Origin: Candidatus Sumerlaeota bacterium
Lineage (GTDB): Bacteria; Sumerlaeota; Sumerlaeia; MWCT01; JAUWMI01
NCBI GenBank assembly: GCA_030613245.1
Contig: JAUWMI010000003.1
Location: forward strand, 1,062-65,061
Direction of reading: 5' to 3'
DNA: 64,000 nt
Part shown: in pieces, positions 37,502 to 47,148 of the stretch
How positions within the stretch are numbered: position 1 is the stretch's first letter
Layout: each line of letters starts with the position of its first letter
Program-made: the position numbers and the translations under genes
The notes under the pieces: model-generated
The model's input: the letters and a program-made list of their open reading frames with translations, nothing else
What the model was told of the DNA's origin: nothing
Database searches by the model: none

Positions 37502-39438
37502 TGCAAACAGATCTTACCGAACCGACGCCTTCTCCATTGTCCTCCCCATGTCGCGTTTCTTCGTTTTTCCATCCTCAGATTGCGGTAATTTTGCTCCTTG
37601 CTAATTTTCTCCTGCACGGCTGGGTGCTGACAGGATATTTCCAGACGGACGATTGGTATAATATTGAGCCGCGCAGTGGGGCACAGGTATTGCAGACGTT
37701 TGTGGGCGACTGGCATGTGGGACAGCAGGGAGTCGGTGGATTTTACCGTCCGCTGGTGCGGGTGAGTTTTTCGGTGGATACCTTACTCTACGGTACGTGG
37801 GCGGCGGGCTACCATCTCACGAATTTTCTTTTTCACTTCCTGACGGTCTACCTGTTCTTTCTTCTTTGTAATACGCTGCTACGAAATCGTTGGGGAGCGG
37901 CGCTGGGCAGCGCGCTGCTCTTTAGCGCGTTTCCGACGCACCCGGAGGCGGTGTTCTGGTTGAGTGGACGTACGGATCTGATGGCAGCTGGCTTTCTGAT
38001 GCTCTGCGTGTGGAGTTACGCCAGGTATCGGCTGGAGCAGCGGCGTGGAGCGTATTGGGTGGCGTTGGTAGCATTTGTGGGTGCCTTGATGTCGAAGGAG
38101 ACAGGCCTGGCAGGCATCCTTTTGCTGGGAGTTCTTGAGTTGCTGTACAATAGTGGGAAGGACTTGGGATCCCGCGTGCTGTCGCGGGTTCGCCCGCTTC
38201 TCCCATTTCTTTTTATTGTGATCTGCTATATGTTCCTGCGCTTTCTTTTCCTGGGAGGGATTGGAGGATACGCGATTCGTCCCGGTGAACAGGCAGTTGG
38301 TTTTTCAACGCTCGCGCAGACTTACGATGCGTTTGCCAACGCGCTGGCTGCACCGTTTCGCTGGTGTCTACCAATATTGAGCAAGAGCGGATTGCTCGGC
38401 TTGCTGATGCTCGGCTTTATTCTGATGTGGGCGGTGCGCTTCGACCGGGTGGCGGTGTTCGGGTTTGCATGGGTTCTCATTAGTATCCTTCCCATGCTGA
38501 AGCTGCTTCCCTCGGTGAATGAAGGAGGACGACTTGTCTATCTGCCTGCTGCAGGGTATTGCCTGTTGCTCGGTTTTGCGTTCTGGCGTGGGGTGCGGGC
38601 GCAGGGGGTATGGCTACCGGGCAGGATTCTCCTCGGCGCTATTTTTATTATTGCAGTGCTGGGAAGTTTTACAATGCAAACCCTTCAGCGAAACCTTGAG
38701 TGGAAGCAAGCGTCGAGCGTTGCGCGCATGATTGCTACTCAGGGAACAGAGCTGATTCGTGAAAGCGGAGAGGACAAACGATTTGCCCTGATCGGAGCAC
38801 CGGACGATTATCAGGGATGCTTTGTGTTTCGCGGAGACAGTCCGATCCAGGCGTTTCGCGTGCTCCTGAGAAATCCAGCTCTTAAGTTACACGTCGGTTT
38901 TGATCCTTCTGATGATTCACAGACCGTGGTCTTGCGTGTTGACCACACGTATTACGTGCATCGAGAGGCGATTCAGGAGGTTGAGCGACTCCACTGGAGC
39001 GGTGAAGAGCTACTGGCCTGGAACACAGGTGAAGGGCTTACACCGCTGGAGCTAGAGGAAGGAATTGCCGAGACAAACATTATCAGTCAGCCATTCTCCG
39101 GACTTCAGAGTCCACCCCTCCATATGGAGGCAGTGTGGGTATTGGTCGTGCTGCGGCAAAAGGTCACGGGCGGGCAGTACGGAAAGATTTACTGGCGAGG
39201 TCCGCTGGAGCCCTATTCTGAAGAGCGCTCTACGTTGATCTATAATAATCGTCGCCGCGTGTTCCAGGATCATCATCGGAACCTGGGGTATGTGGCGCAG
39301 TTGGAGCAGCTGTTGATTCAGCCAACAGACAGTTACAGCCGTGTGGCAATAGCGGAAATTGACGTTGTGGGCTATCGGCTTACCAGTATGCCAGACGGGG
39401 ACTCGCTCGTCCGGGTCCAGGAAATGGCCGGGGAATAG
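37498..39438 (+). CDS. GT-C/PMT-like membrane glycosyltransferase
   Basis: DD in first loop, FYRPL, YHLTN, HPEAVFWLSGRTD and SKET motifs. Confidence 0.75.
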   Translation: MMQTDLTEPTPSPLSSPCRVSSFFHPQIAVILLLANFLLHGWVLTGYFQTDDWYNIEPRSGAQVLQTFVGDWHVGQQGVGGFYRPLVRVSFSVDTLLYGTWAAGYHLTNFLFHFLTVYLFFLLCNTLLRNRWGAALGSALLFSAFPTHPEAVFWLSGRTDLMAAGFLMLCVWSYARYRLEQRRGAYWVALVAFVGALMSKETGLAGILLLGVLELLYNSGKDLGSRVLSRVRPLLPFLFIVICYMFLRFLFLGGIGGYAIRPGEQAVGFSTLAQTYDAFANALAAPFRWCLPILSKSGLLGLLMLGFILMWAVRFDRVAVFGFAWVLISILPMLKLLPSVNEGGRLVYLPAAGYCLLLGFAFWRGVRAQGVWLPGRILLGAIFIIAVLGSFTMQTLQRNLEWKQASSVARMIATQGTELIRESGEDKRFALIGAPDDYQGCFVFRGDSPIQAFRVLLRNPALKLHVGFDPSDDSQTVVLRVDHTYYVHREAIQEVERLHWSGEELLAWNTGEGLTPLELEEGIAETNIISQPFSGLQSPPLHMEAVWVLVVLRQKVTGGQYGKIYWRGPLEPYSEERSTLIYNNRRRVFQDHHRNLGYVAQLEQLLIQPTDSYSRVAIAEIDVVGYRLTSMPDGDSLVRVQEMAGE

Positions 39439-39442
39439 TTAC

Positions 39443-40249
39443 ATGGTCGAGAAAGTCCGAGTTGATCAGCTGCTCGTTGAGCGAGATCTGGTGGAGAGCC
39501 AAGAGCAGGCGCAGCGGCTGATCATGGCAGGAGCAGTGGAGGTTGAGGGAAAGCGCATTGAGAAACCGGGAGTGCGGATTCTGTCCACAGCACAGGTCAG
39601 AGTAAGTGCGCGGGGGCAAAAGTATGTGAGTCGCGGAGGACTGAAGCTGGAAGCAGTGGTTGAACATTTCGGCGCAGAGGTGACTGGTAAGGTGGTGGCG
39701 GACATTGGGGCGTCAACCGGCGGATTCACGGATTGTCTGCTGCAGCGCGGTGCTGCGCGGGTGTATGCGATTGACGTGGGCTATGGTCAGCTACACTGGC
39801 GTCTGCGGTGCGATTCGCGAGTGATTTGTATGGAGCGCTGCAATGCGCGGTATCTGAGTTCCGATTCGCTCCCAGAGCAGGTAGATTTCGTGACGATTGA
39901 CGTTTCCTTCATTTCATTGGCAAAGATATTGCCAGCGGTATGGCGGATTTGTCGCAACGATGCGATGGCAATTTGCCTGGTTAAGCCGCAATTTGAGGCA
40001 GGCAGACGCGACGTGCCGAAAGGCGGGGTAGTGAAGAATCCAGACATACATCGGGCAGTGCTGAAGCGAGTTGTGGCTGCTGCGCGGGATAGCGGTTTCT
40101 TGGTGACGGGCGCCATGGCGAGCCCTATTCGAGGGGCTGAAGGAAATCGCGAGTACTTCCTTGCATTGCAACGCAGCTCTGTCCGGCACGAGCAAGGGGA
40201 AGAAAACATAAATCTTGACGAAATCGTGAGAAATGCCTTTAAGATGTAA
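39443..40249 (+). CDS. tlyA: TlyA family rRNA (cytidine-2'-O)-methyltransferase
   Basis: S4 domain, YVSRGGLKL, DIGASTGGFTD, DVSFISL and VKPQFEAG motifs. Confidence 0.95.
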   Translation: MVEKVRVDQLLVERDLVESQEQAQRLIMAGAVEVEGKRIEKPGVRILSTAQVRVSARGQKYVSRGGLKLEAVVEHFGAEVTGKVVADIGASTGGFTDCLLQRGAARVYAIDVGYGQLHWRLRCDSRVICMERCNARYLSSDSLPEQVDFVTIDVSFISLAKILPAVWRICRNDAMAICLVKPQFEAGRRDVPKGGVVKNPDIHRAVLKRVVAAARDSGFLVTGAMASPIRGAEGNREYFLALQRSSVRHEQGEENINLDEIVRNAFKM

Positions 40250-40366
40250 GATCACAAGGTCAGATGGATATAGCGTGGAACGGCCTTTTTTCTTCTTAAT
40301 TCGTCCTGGATGGGAGGCGTATGCCTCGGTACGGTAGCGTGAAGGAAAGGAGCTAGAGAGGGGCCA

Positions 40367-41263
40367 GTGAAAAGAACGCGAACTGCGATTCGGGTTATTG
40401 GGGTGATGGGGAACGTCAGGAAGCGTGATGTTCTGGGCGTGTGCCGTAAGATACTTGCGTGGTGCAAGCGCAGGAGCATTCGGGCAATTGTTGAGAAGGA
40501 TTTACTTGAGCGGCTGCGGCTTTCGGACAAGGAGGCGCGGGCCTATAGAGGCAATGTCAAGCAGGCGGATTTAATTCTGACGCTTGGAGGCGACGGATTT
40601 CTCTTTTCAGCGGCGCGGCATTTATATCCGTGTTCGGTTCCTCTCCTGCATGTTAATCTTGGAAGCCTGGGTTACAATGCACAGGCGACAGCGGATGAGA
40701 TGTTTCACATGCTTGACGAGATGCGCCAGCACCCCCTGGAATGTCAGGAGCGCCTGATTCTGCAAGGGGAGCTGTGGCGTGGGCGCAAGCGTCTGCAAAG
40801 GTTTTATGCGCTGAATGACATCGTGGTCCAGAAGTCTACAGAGTCACGAATCATCCATCTGGCATTGAGCATAGACGGGCAGCTTGTGAATGAGTACCGA
40901 GCCGACGGGTTGATCGTGTCAACGCCAACCGGGTCAACGGCATACAACCTTGCAGCAGGCGGGCCAGTGTTACATCCTGGAGTCGAAGCGATTGTGATAG
41001 CAGCGCTATGTCCGCACAGCATTTCAAATCGAGCTGTAGTGGTGCCACCAACGTCTCTCCTGGAGATTCAGTTTCGCAAGCATAAGGATCGGGAAGACGC
41101 GGTAGTGTCGGTTGATTGCCAGGAGTGGCATACGTTGGAGCCGGACGACCGGGTACGAATTTGTCGGGCGCCGAAGAAGATGCGCCTTGTGGTAAATCCT
41201 AATTTGAGCTATTTCCGAGTGCTTCACGAAAAACTCGGCTGGGGAGAATCTATTGATGTGTAG
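40367..41263 (+). CDS. nadK: NAD kinase
   Basis: LGGDG, ALNDIV and ADGLIVSTPTGSTAYNLAAGGP motifs. Confidence 0.95.
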   Translation: MKRTRTAIRVIGVMGNVRKRDVLGVCRKILAWCKRRSIRAIVEKDLLERLRLSDKEARAYRGNVKQADLILTLGGDGFLFSAARHLYPCSVPLLHVNLGSLGYNAQATADEMFHMLDEMRQHPLECQERLILQGELWRGRKRLQRFYALNDIVVQKSTESRIIHLALSIDGQLVNEYRADGLIVSTPTGSTAYNLAAGGPVLHPGVEAIVIAALCPHSISNRAVVVPPTSLLEIQFRKHKDREDAVVSVDCQEWHTLEPDDRVRICRAPKKMRLVVNPNLSYFRVLHEKLGWGESIDV

Positions 41264-43883
41264 CGTTGTATTTATGCGAAAGAGTATATTCTTCGGGATT
41301 CTGATGAGTGGCATGGCGTTAGTATACGGCTGTGGGTGCGTGACAGCATCGGGGCCTGAAGGAGAGAGCCATGTCCTTTTGGTTGAGATTCAGAATGTTG
41401 AACCACCCCACAACCGACTAACCGGCCAACCGACTAACCGACTGGTCGCTGTTGAGGGAAAGCCGCTATTCAGTGATGAAGTGCGGGAATTATTTGTAGA
41501 GTTTGGTATAAACCAGGGGTGCAATGTGATGCCTGCCGAGCCGGAAAAGGAAGACAAGGCCGGGCAGGCCAAGACGCACGCGTATCAGCAGTATCTGCGC
41601 GGTGCATGGCTTTTTGAAAACCGCCGCTATAAGGAGGCGCTTGAGTATTTTGAGCAGGCGAGTAGCGAAGACCCTGGATCGTTGCACATCCGCTATTCTA
41701 TCGCGACCTGTTACTTGCGTCTGGGGAAGCTTGAGAAAGTGCTGGAAGTGTGCGAAGCCGTTCTCAAAAAAAACCCAGGGGCCGCAGATGCCTTAATTCT
41801 TAAGGCCGAGACGTTCGCGGCCATGGATAACTATCGAAAGGCCCAGGAGCTCTACGAACAGGTGCTCGAAACCGAACCGAAGAATGTTCGAGCACTGGAG
41901 GCCCTGGGCAAGATTTATTTCAAGATTCAGGGCAATCTCGACAAGACGATTTCTGTGTATGAAAAAATCCTCTCGGTGAATCCGAAGGATCTCTATGCTC
42001 TGGTTATACTCGGCTCTGTATATGCTCTCAAGAACGATGTGGATAAGAGTCTGGCCTATTACGACCGAGTTCTGCAGCATCAGCCAGGCCTATTGAATAA
42101 GTTTATTCAGATGGGCACATTGCTGGAAGAGCATAAGCAATATGAAGGGGCGCTAAAGGTATATCGGCGGGCTGTCGTTTACGATTCAAAAAATCCGCTT
42201 GCACTGCAGAATTTTGAGCGTCTGGTGCTAAAGTTGCAAGGACGCGATGGGCTGCTTGCAGCATATCAGGCGCTGGCTGAGGAGTATCCGGTTGTCATTG
42301 AGCTTCAAGAATTGTATGCCAACCAACTCATGGAGATGGGGCGTTATGAAGAGGCGAGTAAGCAATTTGGCGTGGTGCAGGTGTTGAGTCCGGAGAATGT
42401 GCATGTGCAAGTTGCGCTGGCAAAGATTGCGCTGGCAGAGGGTAAGGAGAAAGAGGCTGGGGCTGCGTTGCGTAAGGCGCTTGAGCTGAGCTTGAATAAA
42501 GCGGATGTTTATACGCAGCTGGGGCTCTTTTGCCAGCAGCGGAAGGCCTACGCGCAAGCAGCCTCGTATTTTGAGCAGGCGAGGGAGCTGGCGCCGAAAA
42601 ATGCTGTTGTGATAATGCACTTGCTCCGCACGTATTATCGGCTGCAAGCGTATGACAAGATGGAAGCGCTGATCAAACAGAGCATTGCGGAGAATGAAAA
42701 ATCAGATCATCTGCATGCCCTCCTGGGAGGGTTCTATAGGGATCAGAAAAGGACGCAAGACGCCATTGAGTTATACCAGAAAGCAATAGCGCTGAAGCCA
42801 GCGGAGCTGTCCTACGTTGCGGCGCTAGGAGAGTTGTATTTGCAAACAGACCAGCTCGAGGAATTTCAGACGTTCGTTCAGGCGCAAGAGCAGCATTTTG
42901 AGAAGAATGCAAAAAGGTTCGACATGCTCATTGCCTCTTTTTACAATGACTACGGGAAGTTTTCCAAGGCCTTACCGTATTTACAGAAGGCTCTGGCTAT
43001 TGACCCAGCCGATCTTAGTCTGTATGGCTATTTAAGCTGGACGTATAATCGGCTGTATCAGTATGACCAGGCGATAGAGATTCTGGAAAAGGCCAAGGCG
43101 GAGCTTGGCGAGAAGGCCGAGTCTGTCGAGTACGACATGCTGCTTGCCACGGCGTATACAGACCAGAAGAAGTACGAACAAGCTGTGGCGCTCTACGAGA
43201 AGGTGCTTGAGCGTTCTCCAACCAATATTGAGGCGTACCGCTCGATCACGTTTTGTCTTAATAAGCAAGGCAAGCATAAGAAGGCCATTGACTATGTGGA
43301 GAAGGCGGAGAAGGCGATTGGCAAAGAGAAACCAGAGGTGGCGGATCTTCGGGCGCAGGCTCTTCTGGATCAGAAGCAGTATGACGAGGCAGCGGCGATT
43401 TACCAGCGGCTGATTGACCAGGATAAAACGAATGACCGCTACTATTTTCTGCTCGGTCAGGTCTACTATGACGCGAAGCGATTTACGGAAGCAGAAGTAG
43501 CGTTTCGCAAGGCCATTGAGTTGAATAAGAATAACGTGGATGCTTATAATAATCTCGGCTACATGTTTGCCGAGAACAAAATGCATCTCGACGAAGCCCA
43601 GAAGTTAATTGAGAAGGCGCTCGAGTTGCATCCGAATGCGGGCTACATTATTGATAGCCTCGGATGGGTCTATTTTCAAAAAGGAGACGTAGAAAAGGCC
43701 CTGGAGCTGCTCGAGAAGGCAATGTCGCTCTCCGCGGATGACCCTGTCATGTTTGATCATCTGGGCGACGCCTATCGGGCGAAAGGTGAGATAGACAAAG
43801 CACTGGAGTACTGGGAACGGGCTATCGAGATTGATCCGTCAATGCCAGATGTGAAAAGGAAAATTGACGAGCTGAAGAAATAA
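41253..43883 (+). CDS. Large TPR-repeat protein, possibly a lipoprotein
   Basis: Many TPRs; C-terminal NNLGY...DSLGWVYF...DHLGD. Confidence 0.85.
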   Translation: MMCSVVFMRKSIFFGILMSGMALVYGCGCVTASGPEGESHVLLVEIQNVEPPHNRLTGQPTNRLVAVEGKPLFSDEVRELFVEFGINQGCNVMPAEPEKEDKAGQAKTHAYQQYLRGAWLFENRRYKEALEYFEQASSEDPGSLHIRYSIATCYLRLGKLEKVLEVCEAVLKKNPGAADALILKAETFAAMDNYRKAQELYEQVLETEPKNVRALEALGKIYFKIQGNLDKTISVYEKILSVNPKDLYALVILGSVYALKNDVDKSLAYYDRVLQHQPGLLNKFIQMGTLLEEHKQYEGALKVYRRAVVYDSKNPLALQNFERLVLKLQGRDGLLAAYQALAEEYPVVIELQELYANQLMEMGRYEEASKQFGVVQVLSPENVHVQVALAKIALAEGKEKEAGAALRKALELSLNKADVYTQLGLFCQQRKAYAQAASYFEQARELAPKNAVVIMHLLRTYYRLQAYDKMEALIKQSIAENEKSDHLHALLGGFYRDQKRTQDAIELYQKAIALKPAELSYVAALGELYLQTDQLEEFQTFVQAQEQHFEKNAKRFDMLIASFYNDYGKFSKALPYLQKALAIDPADLSLYGYLSWTYNRLYQYDQAIEILEKAKAELGEKAESVEYDMLLATAYTDQKKYEQAVALYEKVLERSPTNIEAYRSITFCLNKQGKHKKAIDYVEKAEKAIGKEKPEVADLRAQALLDQKQYDEAAAIYQRLIDQDKTNDRYYFLLGQVYYDAKRFTEAEVAFRKAIELNKNNVDAYNNLGYMFAENKMHLDEAQKLIEKALELHPNAGYIIDSLGWVYFQKGDVEKALELLEKAMSLSADDPVMFDHLGDAYRAKGEIDKALEYWERAIEIDPSMPDVKRKIDELKK

Positions 43884-44122
43884 ATTCTTCTGCCAGTTTA
43901 TTGTATTCTCTTGAGTTAGATTTTCTTAGTGCTAACACACCCACATTGCTTTTCCTTATTCCTCTATCCTTTCCATTAACCGACAAACGGGCAAACGGAT
44001 TTTGGATGAAACGTCCCTTGATAACCGCGAGGAGCACGTAGAGTCTCGTACCCGCGCCACTTTTTCTCTTGCACGCAAGCCGCCATTTTGATTATCTAAT
44101 AATGAACCGTAGGAGTAAGAAT

Positions 44123-46054
44123 ATGAGGCTTTTTCTTTACAGTAATGAGGGGAAACCGCAGAAGGAATTTGATCTGGGAATAGGAGAACACGTGCTCGGA
44201 ATCTCCAGCGGGCATGAATTTGTAGAGTTAACGTCACAAGAAGAAGGCAAACGTCTTTTTCAGGTAGAAGTGACGGAAGACGATTCCGCAGTTATTTTGG
44301 ACTGCGGATGTGAAAATGGTTTATTCCTCAACGAGAAGAAGGTGAGCAAGGCGCATTTGAAAGCCGGCGATGAAATCGTTGCCGAAGATCATTTGCTCGT
44401 CTGCGAACAAAAGAAGGTGGTTCGCAATTATATATTTGTTTCGGAAGAGAGCAAAGACCCAGTGGAGCTTACTGACGATGCTGGCAATGTGACCATCGCC
44501 TGGATGCTATCCAGCTCAGAGGTGCTGGATCCTTCAGCACTGCTTGAGTCTGGTAGCGCTTATAGTCTGGAGAAGAGCCACAAGCAGTTGTTTTCGCTGC
44601 TCGAGATCAGCCAGGAGGTGAATTCGACATTTAATCTGTCGCACCTACTCGAGAAGATTGTTGACTACCTATTCCAGGTGATGCTGATTGAACATGCCAT
44701 TATCATGCTCACCCAGGGGCCCGGACAACCGCTGCCAATAAAGGTTGCAGTGCGGCGGGGCGTACGCAGCGATACGATTCCAGTGAGTCGAACGATTGTG
44801 AATACTGTTTTGCACGATGGGATCTCGGTGGCAACGGCAAATGCTCTGGAGGATCCACGGTTTCGCACCAAGGATAGTGTTGTGGAACAGCAGATTCGCT
44901 CGGCCATGTGTGTACCGCTGCTGCGCGCGGGCAAGGTGGTTGGAGTGATCTACGTTGACTCTCGGAATCCGGCAGTGACTTTTGAGCAGGAAGATTTGCG
45001 GTTTCTTGCGATTCTGGCGAACCTCACGTCCATTGCGATTGAGAATGCCACTCGCGTCAACAGGCTGGAATTAGAAATCAGCGGCTGGCGCGAGGAGTGT
45101 AAGCCGGACGAATACATCATTGGCAAATCGCCCAAGAGCATTCAGCTGTACGAGCTCATTAGGCGGGTAGCTGGAAGCAGTGTGACGGTGCTGCTGATGG
45201 GGGAAAGTGGGACGGGGAAAGAGATGGTAGCCCGCGCCGTCCATCAGTTAGGTCCGCGGCATGAGAGTCCCTTTGTAACCATCAACTGTGCGATTCTTTC
45301 AGAGAATCTGTTGGAGAGCGAGTTATTCGGCTATGAGAAGGGTGCGTTCACGGGGGCTGTGAACTCAAAGCCGGGGCGGTTTGAAATTGCGAGCGACGGA
45401 ACGGTCTTTCTCGACGAGATTGGCGAGATCAGCCCGGCGTTTCAGTCCAAATTGCTGCGGGTACTGGAGGGTGCCGGATTTGAGCGCGTGGGCGGCATTA
45501 GAACCATTACGTCCAGCGCTCGTGTCATTGCAGCTACGAATAAAGATCTGGAGGCCGAGGTCGCAAAAGGCAAGTTTCGAAGTGACCTGTTTTTCCGCCT
45601 GAATGTTTTCCCAATTTATCTCCCACCGCTATGTGAGCGGAAAGAGGACATCCTGATCCTGGCCGACTATTTCCTCAACAAATTCGCCACAGAGGATGTT
45701 AAGCATATTCAGGGTTTCACGGCAGATGCCAAGGCCTGGTTTTTGGAATATCACTGGCCGGGCAATGTGCGCGAGCTCAAAAACGTCATCGAACGGGCCG
45801 TACTCCTCTGTGATGAACAGCTCATCACCAAAGCAATGCTTCTCCATCCGTGTGGCGAGGGAGAGATATCCGGGCTGGACGTGCGTACCAGCAAATCCCT
45901 TTGGAAACGAGAAGAGGAGGCGATCGTTAATGCCCTGCGAGAGGCGGGGTGGAATAAAACCAAAGCCGCAAAAATCCTTGGTATTGCACGTCATCAGCTC
46001 ATTTATCGCATGAGCAAGTACCATATAGAAGAAGTTGATCTGGGAAAACCATAA
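44123..46054 (+). CDS. Sigma-54-dependent enhancer-binding protein (FHA-GAF-AAA+-HTH)
   Basis: [29 protein letters not shown] and Fis-type HTH; AGGAG RBS before ATG 44123. Confidence 0.93.
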   Translation: MRLFLYSNEGKPQKEFDLGIGEHVLGISSGHEFVELTSQEEGKRLFQVEVTEDDSAVILDCGCENGLFLNEKKVSKAHLKAGDEIVAEDHLLVCEQKKVVRNYIFVSEESKDPVELTDDAGNVTIAWMLSSSEVLDPSALLESGSAYSLEKSHKQLFSLLEISQEVNSTFNLSHLLEKIVDYLFQVMLIEHAIIMLTQGPGQPLPIKVAVRRGVRSDTIPVSRTIVNTVLHDGISVATANALEDPRFRTKDSVVEQQIRSAMCVPLLRAGKVVGVIYVDSRNPAVTFEQEDLRFLAILANLTSIAIENATRVNRLELEISGWREECKPDEYIIGKSPKSIQLYELIRRVAGSSVTVLLMGESGTGKEMVARAVHQLGPRHESPFVTINCAILSENLLESELFGYEKGAFTGAVNSKPGRFEIASDGTVFLDEIGEISPAFQSKLLRVLEGAGFERVGGIRTITSSARVIAATNKDLEAEVAKGKFRSDLFFRLNVFPIYLPPLCERKEDILILADYFLNKFATEDVKHIQGFTADAKAWFLEYHWPGNVRELKNVIERAVLLCDEQLITKAMLLHPCGEGEISGLDVRTSKSLWKREEEAIVNALREAGWNKTKAAKILGIARHQLIYRMSKYHIEEVDLGKP

Positions 46055-46219
46055 CCAGATCAGCGCGGCGGTGCGGCCAGCTGCTTGCAATAGGTGCCTG
46101 ATCGGACGCAGTGAGTAGAACACAGGCTTTTTAACATCTCCAGTACATCTTGCTCTATGTTCAAGATCCTGAAGTGGTACTGCTGGCGCAACAATTCAAT
46201 CTGCTTATAGAGGTGAGCA

Positions 46220-46876
46220 ATGACTGTGTATCAGATGATCAGTTTGGCCGGTATGGCCTCCTCGGCTACTAACAACGGTGCCAGGCCCGAGTTTGTCACC
46301 GTTCCTTACGAGAAGTTCTTTTCTCTGCTTCTGGTCATCAGCATCTTCATTCTTGTTGTAGGGGTTGTGTTGCTGATTGTGCGGTATTTTCTAGGGTTTT
46401 TAGAGCAGCAGAGAGAAGAGGCAGCCTCCGCCGCCAGATTCGAAGGACAGGTGTTGCGGGAATTTGGCGGGGCGAGCGGGCCAAAGGCTGAGCCATCATT
46501 GCATATGGCTCCTGCCGCTGCTGCACAACAGGTACCAGCCGATGAACACAGCCCGCCAGTGCCCCAAGCGCCGTCGGGCTCTAAAAAGGCGGACATGGAC
46601 CGTGCCACGGCAGAGCTGATAAAGAAGTTGCAAGCAGGAGGGCTTTACACGGGGACGGAGGGCACGATTTCGATGGAACAAGGTGGTGCTCAGGCGCAGA
46701 TTATTCGTTTGCAGGACAACAAGATCGCCCTGATCGTACCCTCCTACCAGTCAGAGCAATCCCTCGCGCAGTATGCGAAGCGCTTCGACTTTCTCTTTGT
46801 TATGTTAAGCGGGGACCAGGTGCTCGTGATACAGAGGTATCAGGATTTCGTCGCGGACAGGATGTCATTAGATTAG
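46220..46876 (+). CDS. Hypothetical single-TM protein
   Basis: GAGGTG RBS; one TM helix and a Pro/Ala-rich linker. Confidence 0.6.
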   Translation: MTVYQMISLAGMASSATNNGARPEFVTVPYEKFFSLLLVISIFILVVGVVLLIVRYFLGFLEQQREEAASAARFEGQVLREFGGASGPKAEPSLHMAPAAAAQQVPADEHSPPVPQAPSGSKKADMDRATAELIKKLQAGGLYTGTEGTISMEQGGAQAQIIRLQDNKIALIVPSYQSEQSLAQYAKRFDFLFVMLSGDQVLVIQRYQDFVADRMSLD

Positions 46877-47148
46877 TTACTCAAAGTGCCCGAAAATATG
46901 GCGGGCATTTCGTGCATTTATCCGCCTCTGGTGGATAGCCTGGCTGTGGCGCCCCAGCTATAATACCTCAGCAAGCACAGATTCCTGAGCGAGACGTAAT
47001 GATGGCGCTCCGAGACGAATAACAACCGATCTCTAAAGCATTGGTTGTACAGGAGTTGAAAAATTAATAGCCGCTTTTAATAACATAATTGTTCAGAACT
47101 GACCGGGTGCAATTGGGTTGACGCTGTCCATGTATAGGCTATACTTTA

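Noticed and set aside
43978..44030. c-di-GMP-I riboswitch (GGGCAAAC...GAAA)
   Set aside because: Lacks the GACGCAAA junction and second stem; better explained as an 8-bp periodic tract.
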